Shown here in pieces: positions 1 through 64,000 of a DNA stretch of 64,000 nt. Positions within the stretch are counted from its first letter, which is position 1. Each line of letters begins with the position of its first letter. Source of the stretch: Tubiluchus corallicola (Eukaryota > Animalia > Priapulida); assembly GCA_030141605.1 (NCBI GenBank), contig JAQGDQ010000015.1, positions 620,001 through 684,000 on the forward strand, in the 5' to 3' direction. A program made the position numbers and the translations under genes. Below the pieces are notes generated by a model. The model did no database searches, was not told the DNA's origin, and worked only from the letters and a program-made list of their open reading frames with translations.

Positions 1-1463
1 GGATTGAAGTAGTTAAAATTTTTGATACAACAATTTAGATTGGGTTAGATGCGCATGTTAATTTAAGTTACAAACAGCTTTAATCCTGAGGTGTATTTAA
101 TGGGTGATTGGTTGAAAACTAATATGTATTTTCTACATTGGGCTTCCAATAACATCTTTTACATCTGCTAGTGCATCTCTTATGATGTAGACTTTAGGAA
201 CTAATCATGTTAATAGTATCTCCAAATAAATACCTCTCCAATAGTGTATAAATACAAAAATTTGTGGTAAACGTGCCATTAAAAGTGTAATTAAGTTGCC
301 ACAAACTTGTGTGTATAATGTACATTGTTTAGTAACTACAACTTCTGTTATCTCAGCGTTGATAATGTTAAAAAAAATTTTGGTGCTTGTGGTTTCTGCC
401 AAAGTTCCCTGTTACTGTAAGCGTGCTTACAACTTGCATTTACAGGCGGGTGTACTGAGCTAGTGCAACATAAATGGAATGAATTATTTAGTGAATTTAC
501 ATTCGTAATAAGGTCAGGACTGTGTTAATGGATTTACCCAAGCATCGAGTAAGTGAGTTAGGAGAAGATGAAGCGAGGTGAAGAACAACAGTAAAACACA
601 GATAAACAGAGTAATAGGTAAATATTGGTGTGTCGCCTGAAATATTTACGAGCCAGAAAAGTTAAAAGCTGTCTGCTTAATTGAGAGCTCAACAGTGTTG
701 TTAAAACATGTCGAATATGCCAAAGTGGAAACATATTGTGGGTTGAGGAGTTTATTGTGCATAGAGTTGCCTTGAATATAAGTGATGTTCACACGGTCAG
801 TTTAACTGTAATCCTACATTAATGAAGCTGAAACTTCTGTAGTTGCTCTAACATCTAGTACTAGTATAAATGGAAAGTTGGATATTGGATAAAGTATTTG
901 AGGCACCTCTCCCACTTCCCAGCTCAATTATCTCGGAGAGTGTTGTATGCTCTCATACAATGTTTAGAGCAGTGCATCATAAGCAAAAGATTTCCAACAT
1001 TTGGTGTATATTACAGGCATTTATTGGGAAAATATAAATAAAACAATTTTACTCAAATCAATGAATGAAATCACAATAATAAATTTTTTATCTTGTATAT
1101 TTTGCCCATTCTATTTATTTCATCTTTGTTTCATGAGTTGTCTCATATCTATTCTTTCTTTCATAGTTTGCCCAAGTTTCCCCATTCAGGCTTAGGCATT
1201 AATATCAGTGCATTTCTGTACATACCTCGACTGAATCCGGTCCCGATCTAATACCACAATGGGTTGCCCTAATTTGGATTGAAGGCCTGGAACACTTTTT
1301 CCTGGGACAATTTTCGAAAATTCGAAGACAAACTTAACATTACTTTGTAATCAAAACAATTCTACAGATGAAATGTTTGCAAGTGTAAGTTTGGTTTTCA
1401 TATACAGCTGGCTTATTCTATACTTTATATAAGCATGAAGACAACTTAAAGCTTTTTACTTAC

Positions 1464-64000
<62,537 letters not shown>

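Overview
AT-rich animal (metazoan, probably invertebrate) genomic DNA with spliceosomal GT-AG introns; nothing here is prokaryotic. The whole window lies inside one minus-strand gene, the RNA polymerase I largest subunit (POLR1A/RPA1). I reconstructed 19 phase-consistent coding exons (3781 nt, about 1260 codons, from [12 protein letters not shown] to ...KATLHG); both the 5' part and the last exon lie outside the window. One intron is 32 kb (29581-61674) and hosts two paralogous three-exon class A GPCR genes on the opposite (+) strand (313 and 346 aa). They are GPR119/adenosine-receptor-like orphans with an unusual shared pocket (R3.28, D3.33, D7.39; no W6.48, F6.44 or P5.50). The introns also contain a degenerate 28S rRNA fragment spanning the R1/R2 target sites, a near-perfect 32-bp hairpin in a 148-nt intron, a 450-bp (CT)n tract, a HINE/Helentron-like element, a Tigger/pogo-like MITE, nested TIR/MITE/SINE insertions and several LINE remnants. 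All calls were made by eye; family names for repeats and receptors come from recalled motifs and need database confirmation.
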